Below are positions 47,556 through 59,520 of a stretch of DNA of 64,000 nt, in pieces. Location of the stretch: assembly GCA_950097015.1 (NCBI GenBank), contig CATNEN010000039.1, positions 10,912,001 through 10,976,000 on the forward strand. The letters run 5' to 3'. This DNA comes from Macrostomum hystrix (lineage: Eukaryota > Animalia > Platyhelminthes). Below the pieces are notes generated by a model. The model did not search any database and was not told where the DNA came from. It saw only the letters and a program-made list of their open reading frames with translations. Position 1 is the stretch's first letter; every line of letters begins with the position of its first letter. A program made the position numbers and the translations under genes.

Positions 47556-50500
47556 ATGTTGTCGGTCATTGGTTCTGATAGACTGCACTTTCAGCCAACT
47601 CAACAAGCATTTGAATTCTGGGAAAGTAAGCAGCGTGTTGGCTCGTCCCCAGCCGATCCTTGCAGTAGCATCTGCAGCAATGAAGCGCTCATCAAGACAA
47701 CGAGTCAAGTTTTTCTCGCTCATCTACACTTAATTTCTGGCCAAATTTCTACTGGTCGTCAATTTCATTTAAGTATTTTGAAAAGTGATCTTGCCAAGAA
47801 TGTCATTAAATTTCTCGAAGCCTTCGAAAAGAATGCAACAAGTAAAAATGGAGATAAAATTGGCAGCCTAAATTATGTACTCGACAAAATTATTTCCGAA
47901 CATCTGAGTGCCGTCAGCGAAAGATTGATAGCTCAGGAATTCTTGATACTTTTTAGCGGATTGCTAGCCGTCAACGACGCTTTGTTATCTCTGTATGAGC
48001 CTTCCGATGAGTGGATCAGCAAATGCAAGTTAGCCCAGAATGTACTCACGTGGCAGCTATCCGACAAAAGGCGGTATCCTATTGCAAAATGGGTACAAAT
48101 GGTATTGAGAAGGGCAACTGGGTTGATGTGCTTAACCTGCGCAAAGCTCAAACAAGTTTGTAACCACGAATACTTTTTGGAAGCCTTTAAGTGGTTTGAA
48201 ACGATGGTTGAGCGCAAATTCAACAGACTACAGCCGCAGTTTCGTTCGCCGCAGCGCAAAATATTGATGCGAAAACTTGACAGACATATAAAAGCAAGTG
48301 AGTTTGCGATTACCGGTGTGCTAAAAATGGCCAATTGTCTTCTTGAATTGAGACAAACATTCCGTGCCCATCAACTAATTAAAACATTTCGTGAGGCACT
48401 GCTTCCTAGAGTTAGTGACAGTTGCGCAATTGAAATTGCCTATCTTAGAGCCTATGCAGATTATATCGAAGCTGTCTGCTTTTTTGAGGATACGAACCCA
48501 CAGCAATTCGTGATCGGTCGATTAAATGACAAGGAAGATAAAGATTTGAAAGAGCTGTATAAGCATTCTGAGGAGAGGCTGACTAGTAGTGCCACCGCTT
48601 TTGAAAATTTCGCACCGAAATCGTCAATGCTTGCCTCTGTGTACACTATGCGGGGCATTGTCCGTGCTAACATGTCCGCTGACTTTACCGATGAAGCCTT
48701 AAAAGATTTGGAAAAGGCGACAGATCTAGAGATCGAGCTCAAGCAACCCAGCGCTTCAATGCTAAAGTTGTTGCAGATTCTGCGATTCGGTGCATATTAT
48801 AAAAGTTCTAGCTTAAATGAGAGAAAGGAAAAATGGAAGAAGGTTTACGATAAAGCTTTGGTAAGAGTTTGCTGTCTTTGATATAATTATTATGGTTTGC
48901 ATGTAGATCTAGTCGAAGTCTAGTATGTCATGTAATTTGTTTGCATTAAGTCTCATTTACCCTGCCATCAAAGGATGCTACAAGTAGAACACCCGATTTT
49001 ACATTCATTCGTGAATGAAGACCAGACATGAAAATCGTAAATGAGCAGTGGCGATCCAGGATTTCGGGGAAATCATCAGCCAGAGCCCCGTGGCCAATGT
49101 CGCGCCCACGGCCCATAGGGCAGCAGCATCATCCCTAAAAAATCAGGCTTCTGGGTGGTCATTACCCCAATTGACCCCCTGTAACTGAGTTGTTAAGGCG
49201 AGCAGCAGCAGTTGCATATATTTGCGAGGGACTGCGCACGCTTGTTAAGTGGGGTACAGAACCGGGGAATAGTCTATGGCTACTGAAACAATCGCATCGG
49301 TTAATTAGCTAAGATAACAAGGATAGTTGAGGTACGATTATAGGGGGTCCTTGGGGCTACGCCACTGTAAATTAGCCCAAAAAGTAAGCATTTAAAGTAC
49401 TTATTAATTCTAAAGTTGTCTTTTGTTGTACATTCTATTGATGGAAGCCGCTAATATCTATTTTTTAATCACTAATTTTAGAAACTACAAATGGATGTTT
49501 TTCCTAAAGTCAAATATGAAAATTCTCATCTTGCCACAAATCTGTCTTCGAGCGACAAAACCGGTGGGTATTAATTTTTTTTCTTGTTAGTCTGATTTGA
49601 CAATTTTATGCTGTTCAATTTTATTATTTGCAATCTCTTTTATAGTCGAGCCAGCACCGACCAAGGAAGTGGCAGCCGAAAGTAATCCAACTTCCGGCAT
49701 TTATGGGCCCCTTGAACCAGCATCTGAATATCTAGACTGCTTCAGAAAGGCTAGCCTGAACTATTTCAAAGATCGACTGAAACAATGTAAGCAAGATCAA
49801 AGCACGATCGCCGAGTTGCTCTGTCATTTGTTTATCGCAAAATACTACTTGTATGCGTGCGCAACGTCTAAGGTTAACTATCGGCAAGCTAAGGTCTCCA
49901 GACTTGTGCGCCTGCATTTTGGAATTTCACTGACTAAGGAAGACTGCGCTTCTATTAGTCTAAAAAAATTAACAAGTAGTCACGGTGAGCAGTGTGCCGC
50001 CCTTGCTCTAATCTGCGGATTTTGGATCGTGAATGAAGCTGAGTTCTGTTTGCTAGATGTCGTCCGCAGTAACTTGAAGCTTTTCTCACCAAGTATCTAC
50101 ACTGACGAAAATGAAAAATCGACATTTGTTAAGAAAATTGCCTATCTAAAGGTATATTTTAGCTCTGGCCGATTTCGATTCATCGATCCGAACTGGCGCG
50201 CTTGCAAAGCGTTGTTTGAAACCGCGGCTTCCATCTGCAGTGAACTAAAAAGCGATCCCGATACAAGGCAGACGGAATATGTTGCTTTTCTAAGAATCTG
50301 CGTGGGTGAACTCTCGTATCGTATGTATGATCGTATCAAAAATTTCCACACGTTTCCCGCATCGCTAAGAAAAAATTGCTGCTCAGAATTGGAAAGTGTT
50401 CTTGAAGAGTTTTTTCGAAATCCTGACGGCACTTACAGGCCTTCACCATTGGTTGCTATGTGTATGACCACGCTCGGAAACTTCTGCGAAGTGCCAAATA

Positions 50501-53433
50501 ATAGTTCTAAATGCGAAATTCTAGACTATCCTCTTCAGGTTTATCAGCAGGCTTATGATTTTTGCGCTGCTGCGGGTCTTCAGGACACTGAGTTGCATGC
50601 TAATCTGCACCTGTCGGTTGGAATGTTTTTGTACTCAAATTCCTGTAGTAATCTCGGCGAACCTGCTTTCGCCGGGTTCAGCGCAGCAATTTTTAAGCTT
50701 CGCCAAGCGGCTCAACTTTTTGCAGCGAATTCTGGAAATCATGTTTACACCGCTATGGCGCAGGGCATGATTTCAGTACTGTACTTTAACCACATGCAGC
50801 TTGAAGATCAAGAGGCTCAGGCGCTTGAAAGTTTCTCTGAATGTCTGAAAATCGAGTTATCTCTACTTCACAAAGACAACATGCTTAGTCCATGGTTATG
50901 GAAGACAATCGAAGTTGTCAGGAAGTGCCGCTACTTCTTTAAAGGTTCAAACAATCGCGATGTGTGGAATGAAGTTGTGGCTCTGTTTGAGGTGAGCGTG
51001 CTAAATTATGTCACGTTTTGAGAACGTTTTGTTAAGACATTAATTAAGCTATAAAAATGATCAGAAAGCTGTCGGGAAATAGTGGAAATAAAAAATATAA
51101 TCTGCAACCATTTTATTTACTTTCATTACGCTCTGCTGAACAAGTTTCTGCTAGCTTAATCAGGATTACATTTTATTCTTTGTAGGCTCTTAGAAACGGG
51201 ACATTGCCATCCTTGCAAGACGATAGCAGAAAGAAAGTTCGCCTAGACACAAAGAAACAAGTTTTTTCAAATCTATCTGGTGAGTTAACCTACTGAATTA
51301 CCAAGCATAACCATTCGTTTACTTTATTTAATTTATTAGTTTCATACTAATGACGTAATCAAGTGGCCTCTCTTGCACTTCGGAGTTACTTTTTCTCTTT
51401 AAAAAGGATCAACATGATCTTCAAAAACACTGGGTAAGAACTATCAGGTAAATATTCGAGATTATATGTTCACCAATTATGATCTCTGTGATCTGTCTAT
51501 CATTATCTCAATCGTATTTTTTATAAGATTTTCTATAGTCGGTGACCTGTTTTATTATTGAATTCATTATTGGCATGCACACCTATGCACTACTTGATTT
51601 GCATTGTGTTTCGACTAAGACAATATGCGTATAACCAACAGAACTCAATAACGCTAAAATTGAGATGTAGGCCATGGGCTGAAATATTTGCCTTGCGAAC
51701 TCACAGAGCTTCAATAAGAAACATATACGCTCACACTATCTTGACATCTTTTGAAGATAGTTTAAGATGGATACCCGGTTATTGTCCATAAAAGAGAACT
51801 ATCTGAGACCAAACATGTATATCCACTGCAAAACATACATTAACATTAAAACATTAGACTTATATTATATAGAAGCATAGTTTTGAGTTTTTTCTTGTCA
51901 GATACTTTTTAATAGTGTCGCTCGCTATTGAAGTTAATGGAAAACGTAATATTTCGTTATTTGATTTGTTTTGAAAATATCATGCACGCTAGCCACGGTC
52001 GAGTTGTCAGGAATTTTGTGTTACAATAATATTGTAATGCCTTTTAGTTGGTTCTCTCCATCGGTATCAGATCTTTTATCTATCGTGCTTCATCATGCAG
52101 GATTAGAGAACGCCTTGCTATGGGATGGGGTGCAGGATTGGAGAACGCCTTGCTATGGGATGGGGTGCAGGATTGGAGAACGCCTTGCTATGGGATGGGG
52201 TGCAGGATTGGAGGACGCCTTGGTATGGGATGGAGTGCAGGATTGGAGGGGTAATTGATATGTGATGGGGTGCAGGATTGGAGGGGTAATTAGTATGGGA
52301 TGGGGTGCAGGATTGGAGGGGTAATTGATATGGGATGGGGTGCAGGATTGGAGGGGTCATTGGTATGGGATGGGGTAATTGATATGGGATGGAGTGCAGG
52401 ATTGGAGGGGTCATTGGTATGGGATGGGGTGCAGGATTGGAGGGTAATTGATATGGGATGGGGTGCAGGATTGGAGGGGTCATTGGTATGGGATGGGGTA
52501 ATTGATATGGGATGGGGTGCAGGATTGGAGGGGTCATTGGTATGGGATGGGGTAATTGATATGGGATGGGGTGCAGGATTGGAGGGGTCATTGGTATGGG
52601 ATGGGGTAATTGATATGGGATGAGGTGCAGGATTGGAGGGGTCATTGGTATGGGATGGGGTAATTGATATGGGATGGGGTGCAGGATTGGAGGGGTCATT
52701 GGTATGGGATGGGGTGCAGGATTGGAGGGGTCATTGGTTTAGTTTCGGGGTCTGGGTGGGGTGGTGGCCGTCGGCACCCTATTGGCCGGTCGCCCCGGCC
52801 AATCCGGTGCGAGGGCGGTAGAGGGTAGACTTTCCTACTACTTCAGTGTAATGCCTTTTAATTGGTTCTCTCCATCGGGTCTCCCTGAAGGTTTTGTATC
52901 TATTGTTGCATCATGCTTTTTTTCACACAAAATAACGCCTCAAGGCAGACAACTGGTCATTCTAAAGAATTTCTTGATATGTAGCATTGTGTTTTTCAGA
53001 TCCACTGTTTGACGCGGATGAAACCTACTTGGTGGAAACTTCTCGCCACCTTCGCGACATGGTTTATCCGCGCAAAAGTCTGCCAACTGAGACGGAAGTC
53101 CGCTGCTACTCTCGTTATCTTCTGTCGATGTGGAATCATCATGTTAAAGAATGCGAAAGCGGTGAGATAACCAGCCTTGCTATTGAGAAGCCTTTCATTC
53201 CACTCATCTCGCGGGTGTCGGCACTCACGCGTGGCTCGCGGTTCGCATGCCCGCTGTTTAAGTTTTTTAATCAGCCAAACTCAAAAGTCTTTCTCAATGG
53301 ACTAAACGAGTACAATCTTCTGACCGCCAAGGAAAGAGAGGCCATCTTTCAAAGGCTGCAGGAGAACCATTGGCGCATGCTCCACTGTGCCAAGATTGAA
53401 GAGTTTCTATTGCAGCATGATCTTTGTTCTTGA
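47556..53433 (+). CDS. Uncharacterised about 1086-aa alpha-helical (TPR/solenoid-like) protein, paralog A; 5 exons
   Basis: Exons 47556-48860, 49482-49563, 49646-50991, 51186-51279 and 53000-53433 join in frame through GT-AG introns (3261 nt). Colinear homology with paralog B. The fold is inferred from amphipathic helical patterning only. Confidence 0.75.
49046..49367. mobile_element. hAT-like MITE in intron 1 of paralog A
   Basis: Termini cagtggcg / cgccactg. 8-bp flanking repeat taaatgag / taaattag (49038-49045 and 49368-49375, 7 of 8 match). Confidence 0.7.
52096..52737 (+). repeat. G-rich minisatellite (35-bp units changing to 54-bp composite units) in an intron
   Basis: tgcaggattggagaacgccttgctatgggatgggg x3-4, then repeats of gatatgggatggggtgcaggattggaggggtcattggtatgggatggggtaatt. 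Confidence 0.95.
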
Positions 53434-54459
53434 AAGACTCAATCAAATTAAGTGATCAATTTTAATTGACTCTCAGCTATAATCGTTTTGAATTGTAACG
53501 CCTTTCGTCGTTAGAAATTATGCTACTAATTAGAGCTACAAGAGTTACATATTTATGTTTGGGGTGAGCCGATAAGTTGACTGATTGAGCAAAGCCGATG
53601 AGTAAACTGCTCATTCATGTTTTTTCTACTCGACTTGTTTCGGACCACTGCGAAACAACGCTAAATACATTTTTTGGGTAATCCTATATATAGGAAAAGG
53701 GCTTACCACACCGACACCTGGAGTTCGAAATCAAGAGTTCTGTATCACCTTAGTTTAACTCACATACATGATTTTTGTTGTAGTTTTCTAGTTTAAGATA
53801 TGAGATTTTTTTACTCCAGCTATACTTGACCCCTTTCGAAATCAAGTAGACATGTTTATGTGATACATATTTGCTAATTTATTTCGTTCTAAGCGTCACT
53901 ATTTATCTTGTTTTGTTTATCTCGAGTTTTTTAGTTAGCACACCTTACCTGTGATTACTAGATGTTTATTCGTTGTACTATTTTTTAGTTTTTATTGCGT
54001 ATTTAACCTAGTGATATAATTTTGACATTTCAATATTTTTTCTGATTGAATTTTACAGCGGAGAGAAGTATTTTTGCTTCCTTTAATGCGGACAGCTCGT
54101 TTCTTTTTCATGACTGTTTCCTGTTTCCATTTTTACAAATACAATCGTTCACTTTTCTAACATTTTTAGTTCTGTTAAAAATGGCTTGCTGTGCTGTTTA
54201 GGCTTCTTAACTACCCCTAGCTATATCTGAATTTTTTATTTGAGCGAAATATACATATTTTGACTACATCTCTTTAACTTAGCTTATGCTCATTTGAGTA
54301 TAATATATTTTTTTGGGATTTAATTACACATTTTAAGGTAAAAAAACTGTTCCATAGGTGGGCAGCTTTGCTGATGCTAGCTAAGTTAGCTATCTAAGAT
54401 ACAGCCTTCTTAAATACAAGCTAGCTTAGAAACTAGAGCCTATAATTTGTAACTTCACG

Positions 54460-54525
54460 TGACAATGGCCTGTATTGACAATGGCCTGTATTGACAATGG
54501 CCTGTATTGACAATGGCCTGTAGTG
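54460..54525. repeat. 16-bp tandem repeat, 4 copies
   Basis: tgacaatggcctgta(t) repeated four times. Confidence 0.9.
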
Positions 54526-54632
54526 ACAGTCGCCTGTGGTACCATTGGCTGTTAACCCATTGTGTAACGGAAACGTGTTTGTTTACTTTTTTCGTTTGTG
54601 ATTTAATATTTCAAGTCTATATTGACAAGTTT

Positions 54633-54959
54633 GGAGGGTCGGTGGCAGACTGGTTGACGCGTTTGTCTCTCGCACCACGGTCCCTAAGTTCGATTCCACG
54701 GCGAGGCCGCATTTATTTGGGGCTCTGCCGCTGAGAGAAGGCTTGGGGGCTTGTCGTGCAATTCACGCCATTGAGGGCCAACCTCCAAGACACAGTGACA
54801 GTGTACACTGCCCGACGATGAGCAAGTCAGGGCAGATGTACACACCTGTGTGAGCGTATGCCTGCATACAGTATCAGTGTGCATGTGTGCTCAGGAGTCA
54901 GCGAAATGGGCAGACTTGCCCCATCGCAGGCTGCGGGTCCTGCAATTATGATTTATTAT
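54633..54959 (+). mobile_element. tRNA-headed SINE family B, full-length copy
   Basis: Head gggtcggtggcagactggtt...agttcgattcc (A and B boxes). (att)n tail. 13-bp TSD tattgacaagttt at 54620-54632 and 54960-54972. Confidence 0.85.
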
Positions 54960-55391
54960 TATTGACAAGTTTCCTTTTACACAATTGACCTATGTACAGT
55001 AATTTTGTATTGGTTCAGTAAAGTACTAAAAAAATTAACAGTTATGCTCCAGCGCGCTAGTTCCATCTTGCACATCTAATCTAGTGTTGCCGGCCAAGGT
55101 AATTATCTCACCGGCCATAGTCACTGCAGGCAGTTTTTTTTCACAGGAAACTGTCTGTTAGTCACCATTGTCGTAGACTCATACCTGTTATAGTTCGATG
55201 CAAAGTTTCAGTTCGAGCTACGTGATTAAATATCCTAATGTGATTACAGTTTAAGCTATTGATTGTGTCCCTTTGCAGCCTAAATTCAAGGGTTCCAACA
55301 CATCTTATCTGTTAAACAGCGCTCTTAGCTAAACGAAATAACTAAAAAAGACAAGCGCAAGCGTTAAGTCGGCACTACATTGATCACTACT

Positions 55392-55985
55392 ATGGATTTG
55401 CGAACCCAAGAAAATTTTATCAGCTTCTTCCCCAGCCAAGTAACTCTCGATTACTGGAAAAATAGGCTGCAATCAGCGCTAGAAACTGGTTCTGGCCTGC
55501 TGGCTAAATTATTACCAATTGTCCTACTGAACAATGAGTACCAGATGCATGAGCAGTTCTCCAAGTCAGAAGAGCTATTGGCTTCGTTTAAAGATCTTGT
55601 TGGTCAGGAGGCCATGAATAAACTTCTGCGAGCCGTCTACGCCAAGGATGTTGCTGCTAGATCTTCAGGCTTTCAGGAATACCAAAACGAGCTTGTTAAG
55701 CAGCGATTCTCCGGGCTGACAATGGATGCCACTGAAGAGGAAATTGAAGAGCGAAGCGGCTTCGAGAGTTCCAGCCTGTTTGTTACGACACTGTACGCTG
55801 TAGGCAAAGCAAACTTGGCCTTGGTCCAGGATCCAGCATCGACCTTGGAGTGTAAGTCGTGGAGCGAACTGGCTCACTGGTTGGCTGGGCTGTGCCGGAG
55901 CAGTCACTTTCAGCTGCTGATTGCATGAGAATCACCATAGCACGATTAATGCTCAACTGCGCCGTGAGAAACGATATTTCCAAAC
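55392..55985 (+). pseudogene. Truncated, frameshifted copy of exon 1 of helical paralog B
   Basis: Nearly identical to 59521 onward for about 480 nt (MDLRTQENF...WLAG), then a deletion/frameshift near 55910-55925. Homology is lost after about 55990. Confidence 0.8.
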
Positions 55986-56619
55986 AAAAGCTTCTTTTAA
56001 TATCCGTTTTGGGCTTTTGCCTTTGACTTATATATTTTTACTTACCTTCTATCCCTCTTATCACTTTGCTTGCATTCCTTTCTAGTTTTCATTGCTGCGA
56101 GGCTAATTTGTAACGGATTGCTTTCATCTCTAAAAGTCGAAGTGTGAATTGATTGATTTCGAAAATGCTGCGCATAGCCCACTATACTGATCTAGGTAAA
56201 AATGTAGTTTGAAACGATACTTTTGAGTTTTCAAAAGCTGATCTCGTGATAAGGCGTTTAATCACATAGTTTAGCTAGAAGTTTTGTCTTTGCCGTGTTA
56301 GTATGTTTTTTAATATTTCAACTGCTTTCATTTCCTGTACTGCAGATAGAATGCCACTCGTGAGAAAAAAAATTGATTTCTTTATTGTGGACTCACTTTT
56401 AATGAAATTGTTTGCTTCAAAAATACTTTTTTACCATGGTCGTTAACACGCACCGCTTGTCCATATTCTATTGCCAAAGAGCCGTTACTATAGAACCTGC
56501 AAAGACGAATCACTGCCAAACCCATATTTTTTAAACCAGTGTTGCAGCTAAACTGCTTTATTTTTTCCTTTTTGGGAAATCGTTCGCGTGAATGGTTTTT
56601 GTGATGATATTCGACCGAC

Positions 56620-57925
56620 TGCACAGCAGCAGCTATTGCGCGGCGCATCTGAAGGCTGCGTGCGACTGCTGGGATGACCCGGCAGTCCACTGTTACACTG
56701 ACGGCTCTCTGATGAACGGTAAATCGGGATTCGGAGTGTGCGTCGCCTCGGGTGGTGAGGTCCTCTGGACCCACTCCCAATACTGTGGCAAGAGCTCTAG
56801 CGTTTTCCAAAACGAAGTGCTCGCCATCAGCTTCTGTGCGGCTGAGCTGCGCCAGAGGCAGCTGGCTGGTCGGAGGATCTTTTTTCACTCCGACAGTCAA
56901 GCAGCCCTCAAGGCCCTCAGCCGCTGCACCTCTCGCTCCAGAACCACCTTGGACTGCAACACCCAGTTAAACGGGTTGGCGCAGTCTAACAAGGTGGAGC
57001 TGCTGTGGATCCCTGGGCATGCCGGGTTCACAGGGAATGAGATGGCGGACCAGCTTGCTAAGGCTGGAGCAGCCAGCTCCCTGATGGGCCCGGGCCCGGA
57101 GTCCCCGATCCCCATCTCAGTTGTCAACTCCAGCATCAACTGCTGGATGGAGACCCAGCACCGGAGGAGGTGGTCCAGCACCCTGAACTGTCGCCAGTCC
57201 AGGGCTGCGGTGCCAACCCCCTCTAGTAACCTGCGTAAGGCCTTACTCAGGCTTAACCGCAGAGACCTAAGAGCAGTCACTATGGCTCTTTCGGGACATG
57301 GCTGCTTCACCAGACACCGCTACCTTCAAGGCCACGTGCCTGAGGAAACGTGTCCCTTCTGCTGCTCCGGACGCGAAAATGCAGAGCATTTCATCTGCCA
57401 CTGCCCGGCCCTCACCCGGGCCAGGCTAAAACATCTCGGGCCGGCACCGACTCTCGCCGAAGCCTGCTCGCCCGAGAACATCCCACAGCTCGCCCACTTC
57501 CTCCGGGATACCGGCCGAGCTGATTTCTTCCCAGCCTATGGCGAGGAAGATCGCGCGGCGGAATCGACCGACGGACCACCCTGAGCGGCACCGCCTCGCT
57601 GGAGGCTGTCTGGCTGCCAGGGGTTAGCGATATGGGCGGCATCTGCCGCCTCCTCGCTGCGTCCGTCATGGAGGCTCCCTGCCGCTAAGTCAAGTTAAGT
57701 CAAGAAGGCTGCGTGCGGCTGTTCAGTCCATGGACTGGGGGGACGCCACACCCACCCTCAATTACCCAAGCTATAATGCTGGTACACATGTAGCAGCTGG
57801 GTGAACTGAAGCAATACAGAGTTAATGTCTGGCTAAAGGACAAAAACCATTCTAGTGGAGTCGGGAATCGAACCACCGACCTTTAAGTCGTGAGTCCAAT
57901 GCTTTAACTACTGGGCTACAACCCC
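56620..57925 (-). mobile_element. CORE-type SINE family A copy split by a LINE insertion
   Basis: 56620-56664 plus 57718-57925 rejoin to the family A consensus (gcatctgaaggctgcgtgcggctgttcagtccatggactg). Confidence 0.8.
56665..57703 (+). mobile_element. 5'-truncated RNase H-containing LINE, related to the element at 23921
   Basis: Open RNase H (YTDGS, VFQNE, HSDSQAA, WIPGH, GNEMAD) and CPFC...[10 protein letters not shown] to the stop at 57584. Tail taagtcaagttaagtcaag. 14-bp TSD gaaggctgcgtgcg at 56651-56664 and 57704-57717. Confidence 0.92.
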
Positions 57926-58603
57926 TGCTTGTGCTTTGCACTTCTACTATATCCAGGCTTATAAAGCACAGCGCTGGTAAACGAGTCTTACTTCTGGTAC
58001 TGATTAAGTTCTGACGTAGAATAATTCACGCATGTTTTTAAAAAAAAAGAAATGAATTAAAAATTGCTTTTGTAAACAAAAATGAATCTCTTAGCTATGC
58101 TTGGTGTATTTTTTATTATTGTTTTACTCGAGACACTCGTCTACTGAAATTTGTTTTCATTCATGACGGTAATATATGTCATTTCATTATTTTTATTGGC
58201 AAAAGTATATATTCCGATTTGACGGCGCAAAGGTGTAACTCTGATTTGTGTTGTGTATTCTGAAACTTAAGCTATCGCTTTAACTGAAATCCAGTGGAGA
58301 GACTACGGGCTTATTTCAAATACCCACATTTTTATTTTTCCTGTATCAATTAAGATACTCAACGATTCACATCGGAGTGTCTGTTGGCAAGAACCACAAA
58401 AATAGGCGTATTTTTTCTGCTCACAAAGTTTCATAATTTAATAATCTCGGCTATTCTTGTTTACTATATTGTTAGTTTTTACTCTTTTGAACCAATATGG
58501 ATTGGCCAAAGATGTTTATACAGAGCAATGTTATTTATCCTTGTCACCAGCGTCTCCGACAAGAATTGCTGAATATCTCGACGATACTGACGTCCGACGG
58601 CTT

Positions 58604-58968
58604 AATAATAATAATAATTGCAGGAGGGCTGCGGGCAATGGCACATCATTTAGTGACACTAGACCCACAGCCAGCGAGGAGGCAATTCTGCCCATTTCGC
58701 TGACTCCTGAGCACACACGCACACAGATACCGTACGCAGGCATACGCTCACACAGGTGTGTACATCTGCCCTGACTTTCTCATCGTGAAGCAGTGTACAT
58801 TCTCACTGTGCCTTGGAGGTTGGCCCTCAATGGCGTGAATTGCACGACAAGCCCCCAAGCCTTCTCTCCGCGGCTGCGCCCCAAATAAATGTGGCTTCGC
58901 CGTGGAATCGAACTTAGGGACCTTGGTGCGAGAGGCAAACGCGATAACCGCTCTGCCACCGAGCCCCC
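58604..58968 (-). mobile_element. SINE family B, full-length copy
   Basis: tRNA-like head on the minus strand and (att)n tail. 15-bp TSD gacgtccgacggctt / gacgtccgaaggctt (1 mismatch). Confidence 0.85.
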
Positions 58969-59520
58969 GACGTCCGAAGGCTTTGAAAGTTAGTTAATCG
59001 AAAAAGGCGGAAAATTTTGATCCGAGCGGACTTTCACGAAAATCAGTCATTTGGTTTGGGAGCTTTCGCGAAGTAGGCAGTGAGTATTTGAAATGTCCCC
59101 GTGGTCTTTCCCATGGGAGAAAATAGCGAGTTCTTTCTACTGGTAACTAATGCTATAGTAACATTAGATAACCATGTTGAAATCAAACATCTTGGGTGAT
59201 TTATTGGGATTTTCTCTTAGAAGCCGCATGGACGCACATATATAATAGTTGCTTTATGACTTTATGAATCTTTAAATATAATACCTAATACTGTCCCCGC
59301 ACACAATGCACTAGCCATAGAACCCGCAGTTCTTTTGACATAAAAACTAGAATTGCTGCACAAGGCTAAAATAGTTTTTTCTAGTTTTTTGTCGCAAATT
59401 ATATGTACTCGATTTTTTTATATTCCAGCACAAAGCCAGAGGTTCCGGCAAATTTAATCAGCCTAACAGCGCTTCTAACTGAACACAAGTGCAAGCGCCA
59501 ATTAAGGATAGATCGCTACA

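Noticed and set aside
52118-52821. Periodic Pro/His-rich and Gly/Trp-rich ORFs; CRISPR-like appearance
   Set aside because: These are translations of the minisatellite. There are no unique spacers and no cas genes, and the context is a eukaryotic intron.
54633-54710. Possible tRNA genes here and at the other SINE heads
   Set aside because: The cloverleaf is incomplete and each continues into a repeated body with a tail and often a TSD, so they are SINE heads.
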